Of a stretch of 64,000 bases of DNA, positions 13,402 to 30,532 are shown in pieces. The notes under the pieces were generated by a model. That model was not told the origin of the DNA and ran no database searches. It worked only from the letters and a program-made list of their open reading frames with translations. The DNA is taken from the NCBI RefSeq assembly GCF_009914755.1, contig NC_060925.1. One strand, 5' to 3'. Numbering within the stretch: position 1 is the first letter of the stretch; each line of letters opens with the position of its first letter. The position numbers and the translations under genes are program-made. Origin of the DNA: the human T2T-CHM13v2.0 reference genome, Homo sapiens.

Positions 13402-13899
13402 TATCCATCTTTGGAGTGTGTGAAAGTGCTTCCTCTCCCCATTCCTTCCTTGGCAGTGGCAGTGGTGGTGGCAGCTGGCTCTGGGCTGTAGCTGCTCAGG
13501 GATCAAAATCCTGTGGGAGTCCACATGCACTCAAGCAGTGCCTCTGCACAGTCTCCAGGCAGCTCCCTGTGTTAGCCTAGAGGTCCAGGGGCACTTAGGG
13601 AGGTCTCTCATGACTAGAATTGTAAAGGTCTTTGGCAGAAGTGTGAAACCCCAGGAGTCTCTCACCTACTCATCCCTTCCCCATGTGAGGGAGCATCTCT
13701 TGGATCCTCGCTGCTCCCAGCCCAGCAGGCTGCCCAGCTCTGCTCTCCTCTGCTTTCTGTGATTCCTGTCACTTCTCTGTTGAATTCCAATGTCCTCTCA
13801 GAGATGATCTACCTGAAGTCTTAATATTTACTCACTGTTTGGATTCCTCTCCGTGAGGGCAGTACCCACTAGCTGCTTCTAGTCAACTTGCACCAGAAC

Positions 13900-14135
13900 T
13901 AGTTTTATATTTAAATTGAAAAGATATTACCACCGAGTTTTCCAGAAAGATTGTATCATTTTACTACCATATGAACAACATCATGGGAGTTATTCCATAT
14001 TTTCTCCATTTCCTTTAAAAGCCTTTTCATTTTAGCCATTTGAGTTGGTGTATAGGGGCATCTGGTAGTTGTTTTAATTTGTATTACTTTAATGACAAAT
14101 GCTGGAGAGCAACTTTTCTTTTGCTTATTGTTATT
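13900..14135 (-). mobile_element. L1ME-like fragment (right half of host element)
   Basis: 'gttttccagaaagattgtatcatttta...tttagccatttgagttggtgtataggggcatctggtagttgttttaatttgtatt'. Confidence 0.7.
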
Positions 14136-15570
14136 CCCCGGGCTTCCATATTTGGCCTGTACTCTGCATATTTTCCATGGCTTTAAAAACATCACAGCAT
14201 AAGTATTCATTGCATCCAAATATCCTTCTTTTATCTCACTTCTTAACTTTCTATTAGTTATCACAATCATCTCTTGGATAACCTCTGTTGTATTTATGGT
14301 CCCTCAAATTTCTCGCTCTCTCTGGGACCAAACTCAGTGTCAAATAACCAGAAACTATTCTTGTGATTTCTGTTCTCTGGAACGGAACCTTTGATTATTA
14401 ACCACTGCCAAGACACATTTCAAAATTTCTGTACTTTAAGGAGACAGGTGTGGGTTGGGAGGCATGTGTGGGATTTCTCTTTTGTCACAGAGGTATCTTA
14501 GTCTATGTCTTACTTCCTTGATTCCATTATAATTTTTTTCCAGGAGCATGAAATTCTAGACTCTTGAAGTCACAGAAGATTGCAAATTCTAGGAAAACAA
14601 GCTGTACTCAATTTGTTAACTGTGATTTCAACCAGCAGTGTATAATGACACCTTCTCCATATATTGCGGAATCCTATTTCTGTAATACTCCTAATTAGAT
14701 ACCTGTTGTGTTTCATTCACATCTGTAATCATTTCCTATAGTAGTTACTCAATAGGTATTTCTTAATGTATTAATTTGTTTAATTCATTTACTTCATTAA
14801 TATTAAATATTTATTGAGTATATTGTATATATTGTATAGATACTTGTACTATAACAATGGGAAAAAAGACAAAAATCTCTAATGGAATATACATGATTTT
14901 ATATATACCTGCATATATAACTGAACTTTAGCTTATTGGATTGCTTCTAATTTTTCAGTCATGCTGGCCTGAGTGTTTCTCTCTCTAATCACAACTTCCT
15001 CTGAATCTTGGATTTGTCCAACTGTCATGGCCATTATAAGCACGTTGTGCTTAAACATTTGCCTAAAGAGATACTTTTTACCCCCCCAAAATTCCATAAT
15101 GATAATTTCTACCATATTAAGCCATATGCATGTGATATTGCTAAATCCTAGTGATAGAATAAACAGAAAAGAATTGCTTTTACAATTGGATTTCTCACAA
15201 CTTGCATTTTGAATATTGTTTTCCAATTGTTTTGTGGTCTATACAATAATATTTGAAAAACAAAACAGCATAAAACATTTAGAAATATGTTAGGCCACTT
15301 TGAAAATGCATAATAGCCCTTGAAAATATATGTTTTGATATAGCATAATTTGTATGAGATTATATTTTGTAACAACACAGGTTAAAGAAACTATCTGAGT
15401 TTTTCTAATTTAAAAATAAGTTCTGTAAGGTTGATGACAGAAAATGGTAAGGCTAATTGGAAAGTCATATAATCAATAATCAAACATAGTCACTCCTTTA
15501 GAGTGAGGCAGCTTTAGACCTTTACAAGTTTAGCAGAATCATTCTTTTCCTACCACAAGATCCTTTGCTA

Positions 15571-15964
<394 letters not shown>

Positions 15965-16039
15965 TCAAACACTTCTAGCACATTAAGAAAATTTCATGCT
16001 TTTCTTACTTTGCTAGTGGTTTAGAGAATGGGATTTTCT

Positions 16040-16195
16040 TTACTCTGCTGTTTCTTAACTGTGTGACTTTGGGCAGGTTTCATTGTTAAAGTGGGGCTAA
16101 TGATGCTTTTAAAGAAAAGTTTTGATGATTCTATTGAATGCCTGCAAGGCACAGTGCTATGCACATAGTTGGCACTCAATAATTGTTTAGTTTCT
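16040..16195 (+). mobile_element. MIR fragment (antisense MIR-like pieces on both sides)
   Basis: 'ctgtgtgactttgggcagg...gcacatagttggcactcaataa'. Confidence 0.65.
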
Positions 16196-18214
16196 TTTAT
16201 CATGAACTATAGTGAAGTAGGGTGTTATTTATCCTTATTGTGGATGAAAAGACTGAAGTTCCGGTACATTATGTAATGGAAGCAAGCATATACAACTGTT
16301 AGTTAATAGAGTTGAAATTTACTCTAAATATTTCCACTCCTCATAGTTGCCTTCAATTACTAAAATGAAATCATGTTTTTTTTTTTCCTACCTAATGTGA
16401 AAGGTGGAAATACTTATAGAGGAATGGGAAGACATTTAGATTTAACTAGTCTTATTTGATATGGTTAAGTTCTTTGTGACCAGGGAATTCAAACCTGGTC
16501 TAACATTAAAACACTCAGAGTCTGAAAATAAGCTTGCCACTGATAAATTTTGATATATGAATTATGCATATACCCAGACACACATACATATTTAATGTGG
16601 TCTCCATATGTGAGTAACAACTTAATTTCTTTCATTATATTTATAAAAAAAATTTCCACATCATCTTGAAGTTGGAATATAAAGTTCACTTAGTTACTCA
16701 TATATTATTAATTGTATTGTAGACTGATAACGTCGGAAATTATGTTTTTATCCCTTAAATCTGTCAATTTCAGTTAAATTGATTAATTTTCAGAATGCAT
16801 TGTGTGTCTTATTTATATCAAATAATAATAATTTTTCTCCACAGGTTATCACAAGCATTTTAGAGATCTCTTTTGGTTTTAACCCATATCAAGAAAAGGA
16901 GGTATATTATGCCACTATTTGCTACCAATTTTTAATAGAAAATACGAGTAAGAATCCTCATCAATCTTCCTGTCCGGACAGTTCATTGTAATACTTTTCT
17001 ATTTGGTTCTGAGTGGCCCCATGTATTCATTTTTAAATTGCAATTTGGATGCTTCATACTAAATCATTTTGATAGCATATATTTTGTTCCCCTTTGGAGA
17101 TAAAGAACACATGTCTTGACTCAGTTTGAAGCAAATAATCCTCTTAATAAGAAGATGATCTCAGCCACGTGTTTCTTTGATTCTTTTTGGTACAAGTGTG
17201 TTAATTAGAAATGAGTCAATGGTAGCAGGAAGAGTTGATACCCAATTTAATTACATTTCCTTGAAATAATACAAGTGGGTAACTGATACATTATATTTCT
17301 CAGATATACAGTAAGAACAGTTTGGTATTATTAGTAAGAATTTAAGATAGTGTAAGTAATAGTTTAATTTGCATTAGATGTATTTTTCTAGGTTTACTTT
17401 TAATTGAAGTATGATAAGAATAACATTCTTTCAGAATTTGTCTGATGTGTTTAAAACTTTTTCAGAAAATGAGAAATTTTTGGTTAAAACTATAAAGAAT
17501 TTAATACAGAACAAATAGATTAGTAAATAGAGAGGCATCTTATTTTAACCCTAATTAGAAGAATAATCTTGAAACATTTTGAAAGTCTGAAGGTGACCTC
17601 TTCATGAGCTTTTTATACATGGCTTAAATAGGTGCTAAAATAATTATCCTTTCATATGTCCAAATATTATGTATACTCTGAATTACATTTAGGTTGCCTT
17701 AGAGGAAGTAATCTAAGGTTTATATCAGCTATGAGTTTTTTCATATTTAAAACCTGTTGGAATATATCTGACTCTCTATCCCTAATTAGACTTTGTCAAC
17801 ATTGATAGACCCTCTATACTATAGCCATGGAACCACAATTTTGGGCAGTTAGTACAAAGTCTATTTCTCTGTTATACCGCCACTCAAATTCTAAGGATAT
17901 AATTCCGTGAAATGAGTTACTTCCCTTTCTGATTAAATGGTCTAGGATAGATTTTATAATCTCTAAATGATCCACACTTGATATAAATGTAAATAATCCC
18001 TGATACGGGAATATTAAAAAAAACTATGGTATAATTATTCTACGGCAAATGATGCAGTATTAACAATAATGTATTAAATTTATAAGTTTTAAGATGAATA
18101 TAGAAAATATGTTAACAATTTGCAGAACAATAAAACATGATATTTTATTTAAAAAAGCAATATTCAACAAAAATACAAAGCTGTGTGTATACGTATAAAT
18201 GTTTGAAAAAATTC

Positions 18215-18834
<620 letters not shown>

Positions 18835-20562
18835 TGTTTTACTTTTTTATTTTTGTTGTTGTTTGTTTGTTTTTGGATAATGAATACTTCTGATTAGAGA
18901 GGTGGATTTTGAGGATTTTGAGAAAAGAGCATGAGAAATTTTGTGTTTTTTTCCCTCTAAACTTTCGTGATAGTTTTCATAGTAAATTCACCCAAAAATA
19001 CTATTTGTGTTTAGTAACTTACACATTTAATATGCCATGAGAGATACCATATTGTACACAACCCCTTGCCATCTTTCTAGTACTTCCTTAATATCCCTCT
19101 CTCAACAATTTCTTTCACATATTACACTGTTAAATAGTTTTACCTCCTTTTCGAAAACCTTGTATCCTGACAACCTCACCAATCCCATAAAGACTTAGCT
19201 AACAAACATAGGCAAGTCCTGTAACTTTTGAGACCACCCATGAAGAGACTAAACCTCCTCCAATGGATGAGGATGGAAGGGAATCCCACTTAAAAATTAT
19301 ATTACTCCAATATACGTAGAAGTTCGGTACATTTTCTAGATCAAGATGAAGTTATTTTAGTGTATTTTGATTATTGTCAGGGATTTCTTCAAGGCCCAAG
19401 TATTTATTCACAACTATATTGTAAGCATATTGAAGAATTCTTGGCACATGGTAGATTGCTAATAAATATCTCATAATAAATTTCTGAAGGACTTAAACTG
19501 CCCCTTCTTTTGTGTCAAGATATTTATTTTCAGATCAAACACTCTCTGTGAGATGCTTCACCTATTAACTAATTAGGCACCCAGAGCTTTCCACATAGTA
19601 CAGTGCCTGAACCATGGTAGTGCCTTTAACTATATAGTATATGAATTAATGAATTGATGGACAAATAGATGGAGAATAGATTGATGAATGTTTCTTATAA
19701 CCAAAGCATTATTTACTCCAATGTAAAACTATCAAAAAGAATGCTTCTGGTGACAAGTGACTAACCTCATGTGATATTTATTTCAACCTTCTCACTAATT
19801 GAAGCAAAATTATTTTGTTTTATTAGAACATATTTTTGGTAAAAAGTCTTACTTTCCTATAATATTGACAAAAATAGTATTTCTCTTGATCTATAATGAT
19901 GATGGCAGCTATGGCTTATTTCACTGTTGAATAAGGCTCACTAGAGAAATTATCATTGAAGTTGCTCATACATTTCTGTTACTTTTGAATCTTAGAAAAT
20001 ACTGGGACTACAATGTAGAAAAATTACTTTTTCAACAAAGATCTTGTACATTTTATAAAAGAGTGGAAGAAATAATATTTTAAAAATGTATTGAAGTTTT
20101 TAAAAATTATTGTTTTGCCTTTTATCATAGGGGACCCATAACTTCTTTACTTTCAAAGGCACACATGTGTCTCTAAGGAATTACTGGATGGTTATTGGAT
20201 AGTTTGAAATTGCAAAATTTAGTGTTCAGGAACTTGGAATCTGCATAGACAAACTCTGGAAAGTTTGACTTTGGTAAAACTATTCACATTTTTTTTAACC
20301 CCTAAAAAATATAAAGCCATGACCTAAGGGACATCTAATTTCATTATAATCTCGAAAAAGGTTATGATTAGGAATCCAGATATAGTGGATGGAAAATCTC
20401 TTCCAGAAAAGGAGGAGGAATACCTGAATAACTCTTAGATACTGTAGACTATGAGAAGAAGAAAGGAATTGGAGATAGGATAAGCAGGAGGTAACACTTG
20501 TCAATAATTGCCTATCTTTCTGTAGTAGGATCCTCCATGGCTAGAACTGTTAGACACATTGA

Positions 20563-20943
<381 letters not shown>

Positions 20944-22019
20944 TAGTAAAACACAGTGTGTGGAGGTACTGAATGCATCTGCAGTGGTGGGAGATGATCA
21001 TCCAGATGAAACTTAATCACTTCCACATGACATTGAAGGGACTAAAAAGTTTCTCTAATTTAATGTGAAGCTGCAAAGGAGAGATTATATTGAATGTTAC
21101 TGAGAATCTGGCTAAAGAACTTTCACAATGTTGTCAAAGAGGGCACACAATGGCCTTGCAATCAAATTCCTCAAGGCAGATTGTCTAGCATAGAAAGTCA
21201 CAATCAAACCTCAGAGCATCCTAGAAATGCTGAGACCAAAGCAGACTAACCAAAGCAGACCGAGTTTTTCAGCTACACACTTTAGGAGCAGAAACCTATA
21301 CAATTCCCAGAGATAGAAGTATGCTAACCACACTTCAGGGAATACCAGCTGGCCCTCTCCTCGAAAACAGAACAGCCACAGCAGAGTCCAACAAATTGTC
21401 CCCAGGAGGCAGAAATTGTACGAAAGGGTAGAGGGAGAGCGGAATCTGATTCCGATCCTTTCATATTCTTTTTATATATCTTCAAATGAGAATATATGTT
21501 AAAGCTGGGAGAAGCTGAGATATGATTAAATAATAAATGTATATGCTGGGATAATTAGGTCACTTATAAAAATGAACTACTACTTCCTTACACATCTGAG
21601 TAGGACTATAAGAAAATTTCCAATTTTACTTCAAAAATGATAATAAAAATATGTTACTTTAAATACATATTTGGCTTTACATTCACAGTTTGTTGTCTGT
21701 TTATGTGTTTAAGTGGACCCTAAATAAAACCTTGTGGATAAGAAAATTAAAATTCTTTCAAGTAAATTTAGTAATTTTAAAACAGAACAAAAGAGATAGA
21801 AAAATCTTTTTATGATAGAAATTCTAGTGAATATTATATATATGATAAGTTTAAAGAAAATCAATAATTATGGTTTCATATATATTTAAATGTATAGCAG
21901 CAAAACTACAATTTTAAACATAATCAAAATCTTATAAAATTACATTGTTTTAATTCATAAGTTAAAGATTTAGTTTTGCTCTGTAATTTTGCTATCTATG
22001 CTTGAGACAATCAAGAACA

Positions 22020-22225
22020 ATGGAAAACACAGACTGTGTAGCTAAAGCAAATGAGTCCATTTTTTACTAGTTATGTGAACTTGGCCATTGATTAAATTTT
22101 TGTTCTTCAATTTCCCCATATGTACAATGGTAACAGTACATACCTCACTGAATTATTTTGTGGACTAAAATTAGAAATTATTCTAAGCTTAGTAAAGTGA
22201 TTCGAATCATGCCTGGCATATTGAA
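22020..22225 (+). mobile_element. MIR
   Basis: 'ttactagttatgtgaacttggcc...ttcaatttccccatatgtacaatgg...catgcctggcata'. Confidence 0.65.
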
Positions 22226-22894
22226 TGTCCTGTCTGGGGCTTGACTTTATTATCTTCAACCAGTGGCCAGCAGAAAGAATCCTTAGAAAACATTAAATAA
22301 TGCAAATTTCTGAAATATTAATGTCAAAATCAAATATATTTAAATATTATCTTTCTCATTTCTAACCTTAGAAATGTTTAAGATTACAATTTTATATGTA
22401 TAATCACCAGGCCTATGCATCATTGTTCTAATTAAAATTCTCCTTCTGCGTGCTTTTAGCTGTGATTTTTGAAGCAGCTTATAAAAATAAAAATAAAAAG
22501 TCACAAATATTTTCGATAAGCTGTGATACATGTTTCCCAGAATTGTTGTTAAGCGTTTCTTGGAATTTCTCAGGAAGTTTGTGAAATATTTCCATGCATA
22601 TAGTGTTAATTAAAAGGTAATATAAAAGTATCTTTAGCTCAGAGGCTTTACAAATATGGTTTCATGGTAATGGACAGACTCTGGAAACTGATAGCCATAA
22701 AGGCTTATTTCAGCATATGGAAGCTTAGATCTCTCTGATAATTAAAAGTCAACAAATTCACATTAAAAAAATTATGCAGCAGAGACTGCTTGATTTTGTT
22801 AGTAAAGAAATGCTTTCCTTCAACAGGCCTGCTGTGTTTGGTTAAAATATCTTAAACATTTTATGTATTGTTAATTTTTTTACACTTTGAAAGC

Positions 22895-24050
22895 TTCCAC
22901 TTCTGCTAAGGAAGAAGACAATATAAGAGAACATCATTCTCGCTGTCAATCAGGGAAGTAAGATAACTTACAAAATTGTAGATTCTTAAAAATCCTCCAA
23001 GAGCTGAGGCCATGAAAAAGCATAAATAAGCAAAACCCAGTAAGTGAGAAGACTTTCTAGGAGTTAAGAGACCCAAAGCTGCTTTTAACAGTGGTAGAGC
23101 ACAGGGAAAAGGAAAAAAAGCCTCCATTGATGAGGGTAAGTAAAAGACAATTTAGAATTTCTAGGGGGTACTAGCCATAGAGTCTGTACCCAACCACCAG
23201 CTCTTTCCCAGAGGCTATCAATGCCCAGGTGGAATTCTGGGGACAGGGCAAGAAGCTCTCCCTGCCTGGGTAATCCAGCCCTCATGGCAGCAGCTACCTA
23301 GACTGGCATAAGAGCAGGAGAACTCACAGTGACCTGCGTTGAGATGCAGCCATGCTTGGCGAGCTGAGGGCAGGGCTGTAAAACTTCTGAGGCACATTAC
23401 ACACCAAAAGGGTACATGGCAGAGGCTACTACAGCTGGGCTGGGGCAGGAGTGCTGAGAAAAATTCCTGAGTTAGAGGCACAAGGGTTTCTGCTGAATCC
23501 TGAGGGCAGACAGAGAAATGAAAAAAAATCCTTTAGGTAGTCTGAGATTCCATTGTGCGGTAAGAGCCACTGCTGGTGGCTGGGCAAGGAGCAGAGGAGC
23601 TGAGAGAGATATAACCTGAGGTGCAGGCATGCAGGAGTGCCCATGGCTGAAATGGGACTGCAGAATGGAGAAAGGTCCTTCAGGCTCTCTAGGTCTGAGT
23701 ACAAGAATGTGGCCTTCTGTGGTGGGGGGGCGGAGGTCGGGGGCGGTAAGGAAGACAGATGGAGACTCCTGAATACACACTTGATGTGTAGGTTCTCTGG
23801 GCCTGCTGCAGTCTGAGGACACAGCAGGAAAGCTGAGAGCACCTCCTCAGACACTCAGTTATTGAACCTTGCTGAAGGCTCTAATGCATATCTCTGAATG
23901 CATTTGGAGCCAGTGATAAACTAAATCACCGTAAGCAAAAGGAAGTCCAGATTCAGCTCCTTTAACAGATTAGATTGACTCAGCCATATTCACTAGCAGC
24001 CTTAAAGGAGAGTTTTGTTTTGGGGGTGCAACTAAAATTTTCTTCAGTCT
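22895..24050 (+). mobile_element. Probable ancient L1M-type 5'UTR (GC-elevated block)
   Basis: Begins 'cttccacttctg..aag', resembling old L1M 5' ends; G-rich composition; family recognition is weak. Confidence 0.35.
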
Positions 24051-24059
24051 CTCTCTCAT

Positions 24060-24180
24060 GATTGCCCATTAATCTATTAACTCATTAACCCCTTAATCTA
24101 TGAATGGATTAGTCAATTCATGAGGGCAAATCCTTTCTGATCCTATCACTTCTTAAACATTTCACCTTTCAATATTGCAT
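24060..24180 (-). mobile_element. MaLR LTR fragment (MST/MLT1A-like)
   Basis: 'atgaatggattagtcaattcatgagggcaaatcctttctgatcctatcacttcttaaa'. Confidence 0.6.
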
Positions 24181-24535
24181 GGACCAATTCTGAGCCAAGA
24201 ACTGTCATTAGTATTGGTGATAACACATTGAAGACAAAATTGTCTCCCTCAGTGGAATTGATGCCTAGGTTAATTGTATTTTGTGTGTTTTAAAATTATC
24301 ATTCATTTTTTAAAAAATATATATTTTTAGGATTTTAAAATAAGTTATTCATTGACTATTTAAAATTTTGTAACTGTGCTACATAGATTATATTTTTTGA
24401 GGGTCGAAAGGTATTAATCACTTGGACATCTTCATATTCTCCCTATTTTTCTGGATATTTATCTATTCATATTTGAATGTTCTTACTGACATGTACCCAA
24501 CATAACCACAAGGTTCATGTCAGGAGAAAAAGCAT

Positions 24536-24536
<1 letters not shown>

Positions 24537-24571
<35 letters not shown>

Positions 24572-24572
24572 A
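24537..24572. repeat. (CA)n microsatellite
   Basis: Read directly; one TA interruption. Confidence 0.97.
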
Positions 24573-25430
24573 ATTTTATGGGTTTCTATACAGAAATGCT
24601 GGATTTATCTTTTAAGTCTCTCCCTCTGGTAGGATTTCTTTCACACACAGTGCTCTAGCTTATCCTGTCTTTTGAGAGTTGACCTATCTCATCTCTCAAA
24701 ATTGTAACAAAAAAGTAAAGCAAAAAGTGAATTTAATGAACCTGTAGGTTACTGGAGCAATTTTGTTCCATATCGTGCATAAATGTACGCTATATGTAAA
24801 ATGTGCAATTAAGAATTCTAAACATAATAAGTTTTGAGAAATAGAAAATAAACATAAAAATAAAATGAAATTTTACATACTGATAAATTCCCCTGTGAAA
24901 TTCTGATTTCTTTGTTATTGATAATGAACTATTCTCTCATATAAATTGTATTTTTATTATGTTTTCAACTATACTTTTTTTCTCAAACAAGTACGAATTG
25001 AATAGAAACAGACAAATAGAAGTGGGTTATTATACTCTTGGAAATTAACTAAATATTCAAAAAAACAATTATTAATAAATGAGTCTTTAGCTCACATATT
25101 TCCCAATTTGTGAATAGATTAACCTCTGTGTGTTGGCTCAAATCTCAATTCAGTCCCCAAAGACTTGGCCATGTTGATTTGGGCCTGTCTCATGTGTGAG
25201 GTTCAGGGATTAGGATGAGATTTTGTAGCTTGCACAAATGTCAGTTCAGCTCTCAAAGCTTATGCTATATGGACTTGAGTTTGTGCAAAGAATTTGTGAT
25301 TTACACACTAGGCTGGGAATTTTATGACATTCTACACAGAAATGCTGAATTTGTCTTTTCAGTGTCTCCCTACTGTAGGATTTCTTTCACACACAGTGCT
25401 CTGGCCTATCCTGTCTTTTTTCCATTTTTC

Positions 25431-27405
<1,975 letters not shown>

Positions 27406-27409
27406 GCAA

Positions 27410-27652
27410 AGCTAAGAGAAAAGAAGAAACAAAAATAAAAACAGAAAATGCCCCTGTGACTGGATTGCTTCTCCAGGTTGTGAAGATGGCTATCTCCATG
27501 ACCCATGAGCCTTTGTTTACTTTTCAGGGTTCTCAGGTGGTTTTTTGTTTTTTTTTTTTGTTTTCTTTGTAATTTATCCAAATTTTAGAATTATAATCAG
27601 TAAGTGGGGTGGATCTTAGAAGCTCACATCATCATAGGCAGAATCGGTATTC
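27410..27652 (-). mobile_element. Ancient L1M 5' end (host probably extends to ~25120, split by the L1PA and the LTR)
   Basis: 'tttatccaaattttagaattataatcagtaagtggggtgg...catcataggcagaatcggtattcc' resembles an L1M4/L1MD-type 5' terminus. Confidence 0.45.
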
Positions 27653-28819
27653 CCATATGGCATACATTTTTGAAAAGTACATATTTCCTTTCTATAGTGA
27701 GATATTGAAGCTATTATCACCTACATTTTGAAAGATAATATGTTTGTAGCAATCTTTAAGTTGCATGTGATCAGTCAGTGGATGGTATAAGCTTCTGAAC
27801 CTGTACTGGGTTCAGTACTAACTTGAATACACATGGCTATTAATTGCCACCAGTTAGGCTGGTATGCCTTATGGCTGCCCAGCTGTTTGGCAGAAAGTAA
27901 GGTTGGGAAATCAACTTTCATGTTTGCTATTTAAAACTACCCATGTCTATTATTTTTGATTTTGAGCAGCTGCTATCCTCAAAATTGAAGAAACACATCT
28001 GTCTAAGTAAGCTGCTAGATTTAAACAATAAAAAAGGTTTCTGTTAAACATTTAAAAGATTAAATCTTGTTGCTACAGCTCTATCAGGCACTCTCATCCA
28101 ACTTTCTTCTTTAACTAGAAAATAATTTTACCCAAATTACATGCACTCTTATGCTTAGTAATTTTTTACTAAGAGAATGCAAAGAACATACAATTATCTA
28201 TTAATTTGCTAATTTTTAGGTGGTAACTGCCATAGCCACATACATATTAATGTTTAGATTTCATTAAAAAAATGGTTTTATCTTCTTGCTGATGGCAGTA
28301 GGTCTGGCATCCTGAACATGGAAGCTGTTGTTAAAACATTTTGAACCAGCAAAATATTTTAAAACACACAGCAGTGATACTTAGTGAATTATTCATGTTC
28401 ATTCCCAGGATGAAGATGGGGAGAGAATCATGGCATCAATAAATACAGGATATGATTCTATTTTAGTAATCCTCTGAAGATCATCCTGTAAGTTTGCAGC
28501 AATTTTCTGATAAATCCTGCCTTTATTTATCTGTTATATCCCTTGTGTTAGGTAAATTGACAAGTAATTGACTTTAGTTTAATGCTATAACACCACACAT
28601 TGACTTATCTTCTTTCCTTTTTCAGATAAATTCTATCTTCATTTATTTTATAGTTTATTGATGCTCATGCTCTTAAATTTAATATATTATGTATAAACAT
28701 TTTATAATTTTTGGAATGAAAATGGCACTTGCCATTTTTGTTTCCCAGGATGAGATGATGAAATGGAGGAATTATCTTTTTTTTCTATGAAAGCAACACC
28801 ATTTTCATTAAAAGAAACT

Positions 28820-30078
28820 TCTAAAATACAAATGGTTTAAACCTACAAATAAGCTTTAGAGTAAACTGCAAAAAGAGAGAAATGAAATGAAGATGGAATA
28901 TATAACTAAAAAGGAAGCACAACTTAAAGAATTGGAAAATTCTCAGCTTAGTCATGTAAAGAATTAAGTCATATTTGGAAGAGAATACAAAAGGTGTGGA
29001 CAAATAAAGTGTAATAAGGAGATTAGTATGGACAGAAGGAAGCCAGATGCTATCCATCAAGACAATGAAAGAATAACCTCAAGGACATTTTTTAAATCAT
29101 TGAGGCTGCCACTTCCATCGGCTCAGAATGCCAAGGCTTTGAGGGCAAAACAGTTTCAAGGAAGGGGAATAAGGCACACCTGGAACTGCAGGGCTGATTT
29201 CTCAGGGCCACCTCAAGTCTCTGTTCCCTAAATTGTGTTGCAGCACTTGCCACCCCAGCTGTGGCTCAAGTTAGCCCAGGCATGGCTTAGGCTGCCCTTC
29301 TCAAAGGCAGTACAAGTAGTAAACCTTGGCAGTGTCCATGTGGTGATAACCTTGCATATTAGCAGAGTGCGAGAGCTGTGGAGGCACGACTACCTCCATT
29401 TAGATTTCAGATGATGTCTCAGAGAGTCTTGGGACCCAGGCACAGAACTGCCACAGGAACATGGCTGGTGCAGAGTCCCCACTAGGGCAATGCCTAGTGA
29501 AGCCATGAGGACAGCTTCACCACTAAGACCTCAGAACTGTACAACCACCAAAATGGAACTCCAGCCTGGGAGAGTGACAGACACTAGACTTCAACCCTGG
29601 AGAGCTCTGGTGTGGGCTTTGCCCCACAAAGCTATGAAGGCAGGATCCCCTGGAGCCCTGGAGATCTAACCACCATGCCAGTGTGTGAAAGCAGGACATG
29701 GAATCGAAGATTATTCTCAATAATTAAGAGTTAATGTTGTTTGCCATGTTTGGCTTTGGATTCATTTGGGACATGTTACCCCTGTCTTCTTGCCCATTTC
29801 TTCTTTTGGGAATAGGAATGTCTATTCTATGTCTGTCCCACTTTTGTATTTTGGTAGCACATAATTGTTTAATTTCAAATGCTCGCAGCTAAAGGGGAAT
29901 TTGCTTCAGGATGAATCATACCTTCAGTCTCACCTGTATCTGGTGGAGATGGTATTTAGGTGAAACTCTGGACTTTAAACTTTGGAGTTGATACTGAAAT
30001 AAATTAAGATTTTTGAGGCTATTTGGATGAAATGAATTTATATTGCATGTGAGAAGGACATATATTTTTGGGGCAGAA
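28820..30078 (+). mobile_element. MaLR internal sequence (MST/MLT1A-int)
   Basis: 'ttggaaaattctcagc', 'cctccatttagatttcagatgatg', 'ctttggagttgatactgaaa', purine tract 'ttttggggcagaa' just before the LTR. Confidence 0.85.
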
Positions 30079-30473
30079 TGTTGTGGTTTGAATATGCTCC
30101 CTCTCAAATTCATGTTATCGAGGCCTAATCCCCATTGTGGCAGTATGGGGAGATGGTGCCTTTTGGGAAGTGATTTATGTCATGAGGGCTCCAGTCTCAT
30201 CAATAAATTAGTGTTTTGTAAAAGGGATACAGGGAATAACTCAGGCCCTTATTGCCCTTCTGTTTTTTTGTTCTACATGAGGGTACAACATTCTTCCTCT
30301 CCAAAGGATGCAGAAACAAGGCACCATCTTGGAAACAGATAAACGAGGCCCTCACAAGCCGGTGTTTTCATCTTAGCCTTCTCAGCCTCCAGAACCACGA
30401 GGAAATAAATTTTTACTGTTTCTAAGTTACCCAGGGTGATATTTTATTGTAGCAGTACAAAGAAACTAAGACA
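30079..30473 (+). mobile_element. MaLR 3' LTR (MLT1A/MSTD-like)
   Basis: TG...CA ends: 'tgttgtggtttgaat' ... 'cagcctccagaac', 'aataaa', 'actaagaca'. Confidence 0.85.
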
Positions 30474-30532
30474 GCTCCTGTGCCCATTTTAAAATTTGGT
30501 TATGTGTGTGTTTCGCTACTGAATTGTATGAG

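Noticed and set aside
13219-13580. PolyQ/polyA-containing ORFs
   Set aside because: Chance frames across the (CAG)10 in an L1 5'UTR; no gene context.
16831-16960. Strong splice acceptor ttttctccacag|G
   Set aside because: No convincing donor or coding homology downstream.
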